A DNA stretch of 64,000 bases from Cyanophora paradoxa CCMP329 (Eukaryota > Plantae > Glaucophyta), in the NCBI GenBank assembly GCA_004431415.1, contig QPMI01000239.1:48764-112763 (forward strand), in the 5' to 3' direction. This document shows positions 1 to 12,034 of the stretch, in pieces. Both the position numbers and the translations under genes were made by a program. Each line of letters begins with the position of its first letter. Within the stretch, counting starts at the first letter, position 1. The notes beneath the pieces are model-generated. The model did not search any database. It was not told where the DNA came from and saw only the letters and a program-made list of their open reading frames with translations.

Positions 1-2388
1 AGGCCCGGCTCCGGCCCCGCCCCTGTACTACCACCCACACGAATTCACACCGGCCCCTCCGGCCCTCCAGCTTCGAACTCTTCTAAAGTTCTGGGCTGCG
101 TTTATCGGTAGATTCGATAGATGGTCACTCTGTTTACGTAGCGTGTTCGTTTCGTTTGTAATACGTTGTACAACCAGCTAGATTTGTCTTTCCAGTTTGT
201 ATAGGTATGCTAGCGCTGGCTTTCATGTCCGTTTGAAATATGTCAGCTTTAAAGAGCTGGTTCGGATACTCCGGAGGCTCGGTCGCCTGGAGTGTCTAAC
301 TATCAGGCGTTGCTGATCATGAAGATCTAGAGCGGCTAGCGCTGCTGCAAGTAGCCGGGGGCATTTGCCATATGCATGCCCGCCCGGGCCCGCAGCTGCC
401 CCTGAGACTGAACTTTAATTTGTGTTCGTAGATTCGGTGATTCCTGATTCCTGATTGTGGTGTCATGATCAGTGTCGGACCATGAGGCGTCAGTTTCTTG
501 ATTCATTAAAATTACAAGCCGTTGGTCGAGTCCGATGTCGTCCTAACTAGTACTTGATAAAGGGCCACTGACTTGCTGCGCGCGTCAGTTGGGTCCGGGG
601 AAGGGCATTTAACCTTGGCGAATCCGAAGCTTAAGATCTAGATGCAGAGAGCAGGGACTTAAGCTTAAGCTTAAGAAGGCGCCGCGGCGCGCGGTGGCCG
701 GCCCGGCGGGCGAGCTGCCGGGCCGGCTCCGAGGCTGGCCGGCGCCATGCCAGGCGAGCTGTCCTCGCGATCGAGGCGAGCTGTCCTCTAGATCTATAGA
801 GGCCTAGGTAGGCCTCAGGGCCTAGCTATATAGGGCGCGGGCCCCGGGGGCGGGGGATGGCTCGCAAATTGAACCTTGTGTACATGTGGACGTGCTCGAG
901 CTCCTGCGCATGCGCATCCCCCACGACCTGCACGAGTGCACATGTGCTGCGGGTGCGTCACGGCGTGGCGCGGAGGCGCGCGGCGCCGGCTGGCCTAGGC
1001 CTAGGGCCGGGGCTGGCCTAGGCCTGGCCTGGGCCTCCGCGCGATCTGGGCGCGCGCGGGCGCGGGGACGCTGCTCAAGCTCACGCTCCGCTCAGAAAGC
1101 GGCCGCGGCCGGAGGGTCCGTAAGGGCGCTTGCGCAGCGGGCCGCGGGCCAGCTCATGATCAGCGGCTGCAGCGCTAGCATGCATATGCGCAGGCATGCG
1201 CATCTCGCGCGCGCGGGGGCTCCGCGTCGCGCGGCGCGCGCGCCGCGCGGGCGTCGGCTTGTTGCAACCCAGCCAACCCAGCCGGCGGCCGGCTTGCGGC
1301 CGGGCGCAACCCAGCCGCTGAGCCACAGCAAACTGCCGCGCGCGCGAGAGGCGTAGCCATTGTTGAGCCGAGCCGAGCTGCGGCGCCCGGGGAGAAAGCG
1401 GCTGGGGGGGACCGTAAAAAGATTTTTGCAGGGTAAGTTAACGGACTCTCCAATGTGATTGGCTAGCGCGCGCGACGTCCTCCTACGCGACCGCGCTCGC
1501 GCCCGGCCTCGCTCTCGCAGTACGGAATGTCGGGCGTAATGCGCGCAACGACCTCGAATTGGTCTGGCCCGTATATCTGCTCCCTGTGCGTCGCTGGACC
1601 CATTCTTGTTCCGGGTGTTGGTGCCCGTTCCTGGATCACCATTTGGTCGGACGGGACCGGGAGACACGGTTTCGGGGTCCCCTGGGGATGGGCTTTCAGG
1701 GTATACCGCGCGGCCCGGGTTTTGAGGAGGTCGGGGAATTGGGATTCGGGGTGGGGTTGGGCCCGAGGGACAGGGACAGGGGAAGTGTTTTACCCTTCCC
1801 CAATAATTTAAGCTAGAGTTATATCATACATAGTATGTCACTCGCAGCCGCTGAGCCTTTTAAGTTCTCTCCCTCCTGGTAATTTAAGCTATAGCTATAG
1901 CTAGAGTTTTACGTCACTCCCAGTCGCTGAAACGTCAGGCTTCAAGGCTTTTGCAACTCCCTGTTTCAAGTTTTACGTAGCCATTTTGTCCATTCAGGCC
2001 CGGCGGCCCGGCCCTTAGGGCCTAGCCTGATCATGAGCCTCGATCGACTCCGAGGCTCCCAGGGCCCACAGGATGCCTCGGACGGTAGACGGTAGCCTGG
2101 TAGCCTGGGAGCTGCACGTCCGTGATCCATTAACCGCATATAGCTACTCATTGTCGGCCGGCGTACGCGTAGACCACAGATGTGCTGCTACTTAACAGCT
2201 AGCGAACGTCGCGTGCAATGCAACAGATATAGAGAAAACATACGCAAATAAAAAAGAAAGCATGTAGATTTAAAAGTATGCCTTGGGCCCCGAGGGAGAA
2301 GGGGCGCATCATTGCCAAGTTGCCGAAGAATGCTGGGCGCGCCCCCCGCGAGAGGGTGGGTGCCAGACGAGGGCTAGCCGCCGGCTGC

Positions 2389-4638
2389 CTACTCCTTGCC
2401 GGCGCGCTTGCTGCCCTTGCCCTTGCCGTTGCCCTTGCCGGGCTTGCGGGCGGGGGCGGGGCTGGCGCTCGAGCTCGAGGCGCCCTCCTCCTCCGCCTCC
2501 TCCTCCTCGTCCTCGGGCCCGCGGCCGCAGATCCCGCAGCGCCCTGCCGGCCGCGCCTCCTCCGCCTTCTCCCAGGGCGCCGGACCCTGGTTCTTGCACC
2601 GCTCGAACTTGTAGTGGTACACCACGAACCCGCTCTTGCCCCGGTCCGCATTCACCTGCGCCCCGCGCTCAGCCACGCAGCTGGCGTGCCGGGAGAGGAG
2701 GGGGGAGGGGGTCGCGGGCGGGCGCGGGGGGGGGGGGGAGGGGGGGGAGGGGTGGGGAAAGGGGGTGGGGGGGTTGGGGGGGGGGGGGTTGGGAGGGGGG
2801 GGGGGCAGGTTCTTACGCGCCTCGACCACGTGGTAGAGGCCGTCGTAGCGGTACCCCTCCCTCGGGGCGTAGATGGAAGGCACCTTGAAGCCGCGGATGA
2901 CGCTGCGGGGGTTACAGCTCAGGCCAGCGCGGCTCGGAGCGCGCGGACTCATTGAGGCTGGGCTCGGGCGGACCGAATGGGAATCTTTTTATGCATGGAG
3001 ACAACCAACGCCATGTTCGTCCCCTCGAGCTTCTGGTCCTTCGACTGCTCCGCCGTTCGCTTGTTCCCGGAGAGATCGCGCCCTCCAGCGCCCGTGTACG
3101 TGAAGGTGTACCCCTCGTCCACGTCGTCCTCGTAGCCGCCGCTGAGCGCTATACTCTGGCAGCCGACCTTGGCCGTGCCGGCGATGCCCCCGACCGGCGG
3201 CTGCCGCGCGCCGCGCCAGTCGGGGGGCGGGGGAAGGAGCGGGGGGCGGGGGGAAGGGCGCGGACCCTGTGGACGCCGTCCTCGGAGGCGTGGATACGGT
3301 GCTTCCACCAGTGCCCGATGGGGATGCCCGGCACGTGCCCGATGTGCGTCGCCGGCACCTGCCCCACGCGTCGGGTGGCGGAGGAAGGACCCGCCGGCCG
3401 GGGCGCGCACGGGGGGCTCCTTGCGGCGCCCCGCGTTGGCCATCCCGGGCTTCTTCTCGCCCCGCGCCACCGGCGCCGCCTTCAGACGCTTGCCGCCCGC
3501 CTTCCGCGGCGGGCCCTTCCGCGGCCGCCGCTCCCCGTCCGCCTCCTCCTCCTCCTCCTCCTCCTCCTCCTCCTCCTCCTCCTCCTCCTCCTCCTCCTCG
3601 GGCTCGGAGACGACCGCCTCCTCCTCCTCCTCCTCTTCCTCGACGGCGTCCTCCGCGTCGCGCGAGGCGTCGTCGCCGTCGAGGGTGTGGCGGTAGAAGC
3701 CGTCCTCGCGCTGCCGCCCCGCGCTCGTCACTCGACGCGGCGCGGCGTCCGCGGCGGGGCGGCGCGCACCTGGGCCGAGGCGCGCGCCGAGCGCGCACGG
3801 GCTGCGCCGTCGCCGCCCCGCGACGCGCGCGCTGCGCCCGGCGTGAGGTCCCGGGAGCGGGGCGCCGGCAGCGGGCGGGGCGGGGGGCACCTTCTGCGGC
3901 TTGCGGGCCGGCGCGCGCCCGGCGACGGCGTCGACGGCGCGGGCGACGGCCTTGGAGCTCTGCGCGGCCCCGGCCCGAGCCGCCGAGTCGGGCGCGGTCG
4001 CCGACGAGCAGGGGCGGGCGGGGCGGGGCGCGCGGGGCGGGGCGGGGCGCACGCGGATGCTCTCGCGGATGTTGGCGGCGCGGATGTCGTCCAGGTCGAA
4101 GAGCTCCTCCTCCTCGCCCCCGCGCCCCGCCCTCTCCTCCCGCTCCTCCTCCTCCTCCTCCTCTTCCTCTTCCGCCACCAGGTCCTCCACCGCCTCATCC
4201 TCCTCCTCCTCCGCGCCCCCGGCCGCCGCCGCCCTGCCCCACGCCCGTGAGCCGCCCGGCAATGGAGGGTCAAGCTCCGGCCGCGAACCTGCGGCCGCGC
4301 TTGGCGCGGGTAGCAGGGGCGCGGCGGGTCGCGGTCTTGGCAGCCGCGCGCTTCGGCTGCGGGCGGCGGGAGCGTCACGGGGCGGCGGCGGGAGCGGGGG
4401 GCGGGAGGGCGCTCGCCCGCTCGGCCGGCATGGGCGAGGCCCCGCGGAGGAGAGCCGCCTGCTCGAGGAGCCTCCTCCTCGCCGTCTCGGGGTCCACGAC
4501 GTCCTCGGCGCGGATGGGGACGGGCTTCGCCGGCTCCTCCTCCTCCGCCGCCAGCAGCGCCTGCTGCAGATCCTGGGCCGGCGCAATCCGTCGAGAGCGG
4601 GTCTTGTCATTCGCCGGAGTCGGAGCGCGATCGCTCAT
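2389..4638 (-). CDS. SRA-YDG domain protein (UHRF1-type SRA, acidic N-terminal half, no RING/PHD/SET seen); multi-exon
   Basis: Spliced exons give [26 protein letters not shown] / [58 protein letters not shown] / VIRGFK...YRYDGLYHV / [14 protein letters not shown], the SRA domain with YDG motif and NKR finger. Termini approximate. Confidence 0.9.
3542..3598. repeat. (CTC)n/(GAG)n microsatellite encoding poly-Glu in the SRA gene
   Basis: Run of ctc triplets on the + strand, in frame as EEEE... on the - strand. Confidence 0.9.
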
Positions 4639-5434
4639 CGCCTGTCGTCGGCGCCTGCGTCAGCAGCCGCCTCCAAAAAACGGCGGGAAACTGGGGACCG
4701 GCGAGAATGGCCCCGAAGTCGTCGCAGGAGCCCCGGGCTCCGAATTCGCAGATCTACGTTTTCAGAGTGAGAAACGATCATGGGATTCGGATTTCGGCCC
4801 TCGAGCTAGTTCGGACTTCGGAGCGAGGACGGGCCCTTTCAATACGCCCGCAATCAATACAGATGAACAGGGAGAGAACGCACCGGCGCCCCAGCTTGGC
4901 GCCGACTAGCGAAGTCGCATCGCCGTCCAGGAGCTCGACGGGCTGCTGGGCGGCGAATCAAATCACGATATATGCAAGCGACTGAACGGCCACGTACCGA
5001 GCCGCGTGCCATCGCAGACGAGCCGCGAGCGAGTTCGACGGGTACGGTGGAGGGCGGGCAAAGTGGGTCTACCCCAAACTACGCACGGGCGACGTAATAT
5101 ACGTACAGCTCGTGCAGCTTAAGCTTGACCTCGACAGCTCGCGATCGTTGCTCGGCTCAGGCCCAGTTCTAATCTTATTTCTTCGATCCGACTCGGGGCC
5201 TTGCAGCTTCGAGAACGCGGTGCGCTCCGCGCGTGGCCGTAAAGCTACAGAGCGCAGTAAATAACCTCTAGCGTGGCGCCGTTGAGCACGCGCTCTCCCC
5301 AGCTTGCGCGGCCGTTCACGTGCTGAAAGCGAGCGCTCGTGCACAGGCCCGTGCCTGTCGAACTTTACGAGTCAACCGAGATTCAGACATACAAAGTGTC
5401 GTGTGCATCGACCCGCGAGGCTTGCGAGGCTGGG

Positions 5435-6444
5435 ATGTCGACGCGCTCGGAGGCGCCGGCCGCGGCTCCTAGCCTGGCCGGCGCCGGTTGCAGTGAAAAA
5501 TGTGCCAGACTGTGCGAGGCGCTCCGGAACGTGTCGTCGGCCTCGAATAGCCCCGGAGAACGGTATTTCCCGTGGCCACGAGCCGCGCCCCCGCTCGTAC
5601 TGACAGCTGGCACGCATCGCGCGCGTACGCGTACGCAGGCTCGGGCTCGGTGACGTCGGGGACGATGCGGCGTCGGATCGCCTGTCCTGCCGCTCGCATT
5701 CCTTCTGCTCGGCCGTCGGCGGCGACGTGCCCGTCATCGACGTGGAGCAGCTCCCCTCGAACTCGCCCTCGCTCTGCTCGTCCCTTGGGGGGAGCCCGCG
5801 GAGCTGCGGCTCGGGCGCGCTCGACTCGCCCCCGCCGCTCGACGCGAGCACTTCGAGCCGCTTCGCTTCGCTGCGGCCGCCGGTGCGCCGGCGTCTCGGC
5901 GCGTGCCTGCGCCGCCGCCGCCGCCGACGACGACGACGGCGCGCGCCCGCAGGCCCGGCGCCTCGACGCCGTCCAGGACGAGGAGGTCCCGGAGGACGAG
6001 TGGGCCGGCCTCGACGTCCGCCCCCCCGCCTTCCTCCCGTTTTCCGCGCCGGCGCCGGCGCCCTCACACTTCGGGTCGCGGCAGGGGGCGTGGAGCGTCA
6101 AGGCGAGCGTGGGGATGGACGTCGTGCGAGTCGAGCTGGAGGTCTCCGCGGGGCGCCGCCCGCGCCTGGCGGACGTGGAGGCGGCCGTGCGCGAGGCGGC
6201 CGCCTCCTCGCTGGAGGCCGTCGCCCCGCACGGCGCCTTCCTCCTCTCATTCCCCCTCCTCGGCCCCGGCGAGCGCCGCTTCGCGCGCCTCCAGCGCGAC
6301 TCGGACGTGCCCCGCTGGCTCCGCTCCGCCCCCGCCGGCTCCCGCTCCGCGCCCCTCGTCGTCGCCGTCGGCTCCCTCCGGAGCGCCTTCCACTCCGCCC
6401 GCCCCGCCCCCGGCCCCCTCGCCCCTTCCCTCCTCGCCTCCTGA
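5435..6444 (+). CDS. Ser-rich protein with C-terminal PB1-like domain; multi-exon
   Basis: Last exon WSVKASVGMDVVRVELEV...LADVEAAVRE...FLLSF...RFARLQRDSDVPRWL resembles the PB1 pattern (VKA-x-G-x-D-x-x-R ... L-x-x-D-x-D). Short introns upstream. Confidence 0.5.
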
Positions 6445-6633
6445 ACTCAGCCTGGCGAGCCTGTTCGTTGGACCCTCGAGCTCCTCTTGCTTCGGGGCCG
6501 CCAGGGACGAACTATAGCTAGTTACTCGTTTCGTGTAGTTGCTACCTAATTTAATTTCGATCTCTCCTCCGCAGCCCTCTGTCGCTTAATGTCCAGTACT
6601 AGTCTCGACGTCTCTGCCTTCTTGGAACACCGA

Positions 6634-7023
6634 TCACGATGTCGTGATGTACATGTCGATCTCGCGATTCAATGATTCTCGAAGGTCGACGGGGTCGACG
6701 TCCGACCGTCGCGGGGGCAGCCACGATTCGATGCTCTTAGGGATCCGATGATCCCGGAGCGATAAGCAGCGGAGCTCGCTGAAAGGGGGCTGATCGAGGG
6801 GTCCCCGGCTAACGAAAGACGAAGGCGGCCGCGGCAGCAGCATCATGGCATCCGGCTCCGGATCCGTGGCGGCGGTCTCGGCCGGCCTCGGCGACGCCAG
6901 GCCCACTGGGGCCCAGGCGGAACAGCGGGGGAGGTTATAGGCCCGCGAACGCGCCGGCCACGAGATCGAAAAGCGTCCCGGAATTCATCAAGAACCTGTG
7001 TCATTCTTGGAGGAACTCGCATA
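6634..7023 (-). CDS. Possible small hypothetical protein
   Basis: Non-repetitive ORF 6634-6906 preceded by a plausible CCCAG acceptor and an upstream ATG exon. No family recognised. Confidence 0.25.
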
Positions 7024-7306
7024 ATCTCAATCAAGCGGGAACTAGAGCTACATACACGGGCTAATGACTCTGACACTGAAAGTGAATTGAAACGGAAAGG
7101 GCTCCTATAGGCTATAGCTGGTAGTACTGTCTGTGACTGCAATTTCCCGAAACAGCCGTAATGAAAACAGGTGCGCATGCGCCGGCGCCCTCGGAAGCAG
7201 AGGGACCCGCCCACGTGGATATGTACAAGGCGGAGATCCCGGCCGCTTCACCTCCTGGCTGCTGAAAGCTGTTCTGCTGAAAGAAAAGCGGGCCGGCTCG
7301 CCCCCT

Positions 7307-9026
7307 TCATTGCTTCTTCTCGGGGTCGGACTTGGCGGCCTGGGGGCGGGGGCGGGTGAGGGGCGGGGCGGGGCTGGGCGGGGGCGGGGCGGCGGGGACC
7401 TCCTTCTTGACGAGCATGCCCTTGAGGTTGAGCATCTTGAGGCCGAGGTACATCAGCATCACCGCGAACACGAACTGCCGCCCCGTCAGCGCCCCGGCGC
7501 TCGCCCCGGGGGGCGGGGGCGCGCCTTCATGGTGCGCTCGGGGAGGCCGCAGGCGAGGAGGGCGCCGGCGCGGGCGCCGACGAGGACGCCGGGGATGAGG
7601 CCCGGGATGAGCTCCGTGCGCACGTTGCCCTGCTTGTAGTGCGTCCAGACCCCCGTGATGGCCGGCAGGATCATCGCCATCAGCGCCGTCCCCTGCGCCA
7701 TCTGCTGCATGATCCCGCACTGCACCATCATCGGGATCGACACTGCCGCCCCGCCCGTCCCCAGCAGCCCTGCCCCGCCCCAGCTCAGCGCCTGCTGAAA
7801 GGCCGGCGGCGCGCTCCGGGGGCGCACCGACGATGAGGCCCGTCATGAGGCCCGTGATCAGCAGGAGACCGGTCGTCTGCCAGTACTGCATCATCATCGG
7901 GATCGCGTTCGCTGCGCGAGATCCGTCAGCGCGCGCAGCAGCAACATACGCTCCGGCGGGCCGCGCACCGAGAGTCGCCGTCGCCAGCGGGCTGACGGGC
8001 GTGGCCACGGCGGCGGCACCGGCGCCCATGGCCACCGCCTTGCGGCCGATGCGGATGGCTGCCCAGACCCACCACAGGCCGAGGAACCTGCAAGCGCCGG
8101 TTAACGGCCGCTGGCGCCGCAGGATCAAATCTTCGCTCACTTCTTGAGGAGGCCGCCATCCATTTTGTTCGCCGCCAGGGCGCCAAAGCGCGCCGAGATG
8201 ATGGCCGTTACGGTAATGATCAGACCGTAGAGCGGCAGGAGCATGCCTGCTCGGCCGGTGAGGCCATACTGACGTCATTCAAGCGCAGCGCGCTCCGCAC
8301 CCTTCTGGTAATACGTGTAGCAGCCAGAGATGCCAGTGGCGATGACTGCAACGAGCGCGGTGCCGTGGCCCTCGTGCTGGGACAGGCCTTACCGAAGCGA
8401 CGAGTGCGCGGGAACGCGAGCTGCCAACCTGGGTAAACTTGAGCAGGGACGTCACGATGGGAATCAGCACGAAAGCGCCTCCTGTGACAGATTTCAGCGC
8501 GAGGGACAAGGGACGCTGGTGGGTGGCGGGCTTGCGAACCGAGGCCGATGAGACCGCCGCCGCAGCCGGCAAGGAAGCCGATGACGAGGCCAGCCACCAG
8601 CCAGCCGTACTTGTTGGACTACGAAAAGGCGGATGCCGCGTGAGGGTCGGGGGAGGCGACGAAACTGGCGGCAAGCTGTGAGCTCACATAGATCCAGTCG
8701 AGAATCGGGGAGTGGCGCTCGGGGGACGAGGGATGGCTCATAGCAGCCGCAACGGCCATGTTGGGGTCGATGGGAACCTGCTTGGCAGAGTCCCACGATG
8801 GGGCACTGCCGTCCGCCGACGGGCTCTCACACTGGACCTGGAATGTGCGGGCAGGTGGCGCGGCGAACGTCCTGGCGTTGAAAACAGGACGGCCGAAGAA
8901 CTGCCGGCTGATGTCATGGCTCGACTTCGGGGCGGCCGCACGCTGGGCCGCTCGCGAGATGACGCTATGGAGGATGGCCGGCGTCGGCGTGGCCAACGCC
9001 GGGACGGGTGTGACGAAGGCGTTCAT
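7307..9026 (-). CDS. TauE/SafE (DUF81) sulfite-exporter family membrane protein with plastid transit peptide; multi-exon
   Basis: GFLAGCGGGLIGLG/GGAFVLIP and second repeat GLLGTGGAAVSIPMM...QMAQGTALMAMILPAITGVWTHYKQGNV...GVLVGARAGALLA. N-terminus MNAFVTPVP...FQVQCE is transit-peptide-like. Confidence 0.88.
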
Positions 9027-9493
9027 CGCGCGTTCAGGCGTTCAAAAAAGACTAGCAGCAGCCAAAGGGGCAAATGCAGTGACGCGGACGGTCCGCGGCG
9101 GGGGTACGCCTGAGAAGGCATCGCGAGGGGCGCGCCAAGTTGCAGTTTGCCTGCAAGAAGAACCTGCAGCTGATATATATATGGGGAACCGCTCGTAAAG
9201 CAGCGGCTGCAAGCCCGGCAGCGGCCCCGCGCGTTGGACGCGTACGCGTACCGTAGTACGGCGGTTAACGTCACATACTATGATAATAACGTGCGTTAAC
9301 GTTGGGCCGCCGGGCGCTTGACGTTTCAAGTTCAAATTCGTGGACATGGTAAGGTCTTGCGCGTCGACATCGACGTCGCGTCGGCGGCGCATGCGTATGC
9401 GCATGGTGCGGCATTGCCAGCTGCGCATGCGCATGCCACATAAGCTTAAGCCTAACTATAAGCGGCGGCGGCTTCTGCGAGGGCTGCCTCAGA

Positions 9494-11846
9494 TCAGCTG
9501 CAGGCCGCCGGGCGCGGGCGCGGGCGCGGGTGCGTTCGCGACGACGGGTGGTCCGTTAGGTTCTGTACAGCAATAGACACTGAAAGGGGGGCGAGGCCCG
9601 CGAGGGAGGGGGGGGGGGGGGGGGGGGGGGCTACGGGGAGGGAGAGGGGGCGGACGGAGGCGGGGCTACGGGGGGCGGGCGGGGGCGGGGCGGGGCGGGG
9701 CCGGAGCGGGGAGAGGAGTTGGCGGGCGTCAAACTCGTCGGCCACGAACGCTAGCTCGCCGCGCAGCTGCCCCTCCACCGCCCGCCCCAGCACCTGCCCG
9801 CCCCTTCCCTCTCACCGGCCGCCCAGCATTCCAAGGGCGCGAGGCCCGCCCCGCACCCGGTTGCGGAAGAAGTGGGCGGAGGTCACGAGCGTCGGCTCGA
9901 AGCCCCGCATCCACTGCGCCGGCGCGTCACGGGCTCGGGCCGGGCCCCGGCGCGGGCCAGGGGGGGCCGGCGCGCCTTGAACTCCCCGCCGGCGCCGGGC
10001 TCGAAGCGGTGGAGGCGGCGGGCGATGCAGTACTCGAGCGCGGCGTAGTAGCAGACCTGCGGGCGGGGGCGAGTGAGGCGGGGCGGGGGCGGGGCCGGGG
10101 GGCGGGGCCGGGTGCCTCGAAGTGGAGGAAGGGGACGGGGGCCTCGGCGCCCCAGTAGCGCCCGTAGAAGACGCCGCCGCGCTCCAGGTTCACCGTCGCC
10201 GCTATCATGCGCCCGCCCCTGGCCCCCGCCCCGTCACCACGAGGAGGGCGGCCGTTTCGAGGCCGGCGCCGGCGCGGGGCCGGCACCGGTAGGCGGCGAC
10301 GACGACGAGGTCGTCCCGCATGCGCTCCCCCATCAGCTCGAACCACGCCCTGTTCAGGTACGCCCTGCCGCCCCGTCAGCGGGCCGTCTGGGCGGGCGCC
10401 GGGGAGGCGGCGGGGCCGGCGCACCGGCTCGGGTAGGGCCGCGGGGAAGCCGGCCGCCCATCGCCCTCGCACTCGCCCTCGCCCCACGCCGGCCCCCTCT
10501 GACCGAACCGCGTCAGCGCCGGGCGGAGAGCCGGGGTGTGTGTGTGTGGGTAGTACCCGATGCGAGGCGTAGAGTTCGTAGGCGCGGGAGATTACGCTCG
10601 GCGTGAGCTGCCCAGGAATCAGAATGAGAGGGGGGCGGAGGGGGGGCCCCGGGGGTACGGCACCTGCTCGCCGGTGAGGACGCGGACGGTGATTCCGGCC
10701 TCGCGCACGGCGCGGCGCTCCCGGCGGATCTGCAGCCGCCGCCGGCTCTTCAACGCGCCAAGGTACTCTGCCGGGGGAGGGGGAGAAGGTCAGGGGGTTA
10801 CGCGTCGCGTCGGGGCCCGGGGTACCTTCAAAGGACGCAAACTGCGAGGGGCGGAAGTGGTACTGGATTCCGTGGCGCTGGAGAAAACTGCGGGGCGGGG
10901 AGGGGGGGGGGGGTCAGCAATGTGGGGCGGCAAGGCGGGGGGGCAGGGGCGGGGGACCCGAGGGGGGAGAGGAGGGAGGCCTCCTCGGGGGTGCAGAAGG
11001 CGAGGTGGACGGAGGAGAGGGCGGAGCTGTGCACGAGCCGCTTGAGCGTCGCCCCCGCCTCCCGCACCAGCGCCCCCCGCGCCTCCCCCGGCGCCGTCAG
11101 CACCCGGCAGCCCGAGACCGGCGAGAAGGGCACGCAGGCGAGGGCCTTCGGGTAGTACGCCTGCCCCAGCGACGCGGCGAGCTGCGCCCAGCGCTGCGCG
11201 GCCGCGCTCAGAGGGGGGCGGGCGGGCGGGGGTGGCGGGCGAGGGGGGGCACCTCCTGGGGGATGAACTCGCCGAGGGAGTGGGACTTGAGGTAGAGGGG
11301 CACGCCGGCGACCATGCGCGGGCCCGCGTGCAGCGTCAGGTGCATCGGCCGCCACCCCGTCCCCTCCCCCGCCACCCCGCTCTCCTCTGCGCCCCGCCGT
11401 CCGACCCCGGTCACCGGCCGCGCGCCGGTCGAGCGAGCCGCCGCTGAGCAACGCGGACCGAGGGTGCGGAGAAAGCGGTGGTCGACAAAGGGCGTGCAGG
11501 CGGCGGCCATGCGGTTCCATGCCGCCTCATCGACCTCGGACATCGACCCCGCGACGCGCACTTCAAGCGGGACCCACCGCGGCGCTCCAGGTTGCCGCAG
11601 AGGCGACGCAGGTTGTCGCTCCACCTCCGCTTCGCCGTCAAGGTCGCAGCGCGCCGGCTGTCGTTTCGAGCGCGCGGCCCGCGACGCCCGCCGCCGTCGG
11701 CAGAGCAGTGAGCGCACTTCACTGTCCGGAATAGCTACTCGCTCTCCAAAGAACGATGGCGCCGGGCCAGCTGATCCGCCTATCATGCGCGCCGCACCTC
11801 CACGCGCACCGCGCCAGGGCGTGGATGGGGCGGCAAAGGCCTCCAT
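9494..11846 (-). CDS. DUF482 / FemAB-like GNAT-fold protein (PF04339-like), probably plastid-targeted; multi-exon
   Basis: PFVDHRFLRTL / EESG...TGWRPMHL...PLYLKSHSLGEF / YYPKALACVPFSPVSG / IQYHF / LKSRRRLQIRRERRAV / FYGRYWGA...FLHFE / VCYYAALEYCIARRLHRFEPGAGGEFK / RGFEP. Leader MEAFAAPS. 3' end uncertain. Confidence 0.88.
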
Positions 11847-12034
11847 CGCTAGCGCTGCGCTATTCTCCCCGCTCTTCTGCCGTTCTTGAGCTTCTTGGCG
11901 AATTCTTTGTTTTCTTTCAGCAGTACCCGTCGCGTTCGCCGCAGCCTTTCTTAAGTATGCGCGTGCGTTCGCGCTGCGCAGCAAAGCCCAGCATGCGCAG
12001 ATCTAGAGCTCGGGTTCGAAAGTTGATGCGCGCG

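Noticed and set aside
60-600. Lower-GC stretch, possible decayed transposon
   Set aside because: No ORF, terminal repeats or recognisable motif.
1779-1816. Hairpin GGGGAAG...CTTCCCC followed about 11 nt later by CTAG, like a Helitron 3' end
   Set aside because: CTAG is followed by A rather than T, no 5' end or Rep/helicase is seen, and CTAG is very common here. A genome self-BLAST is needed.
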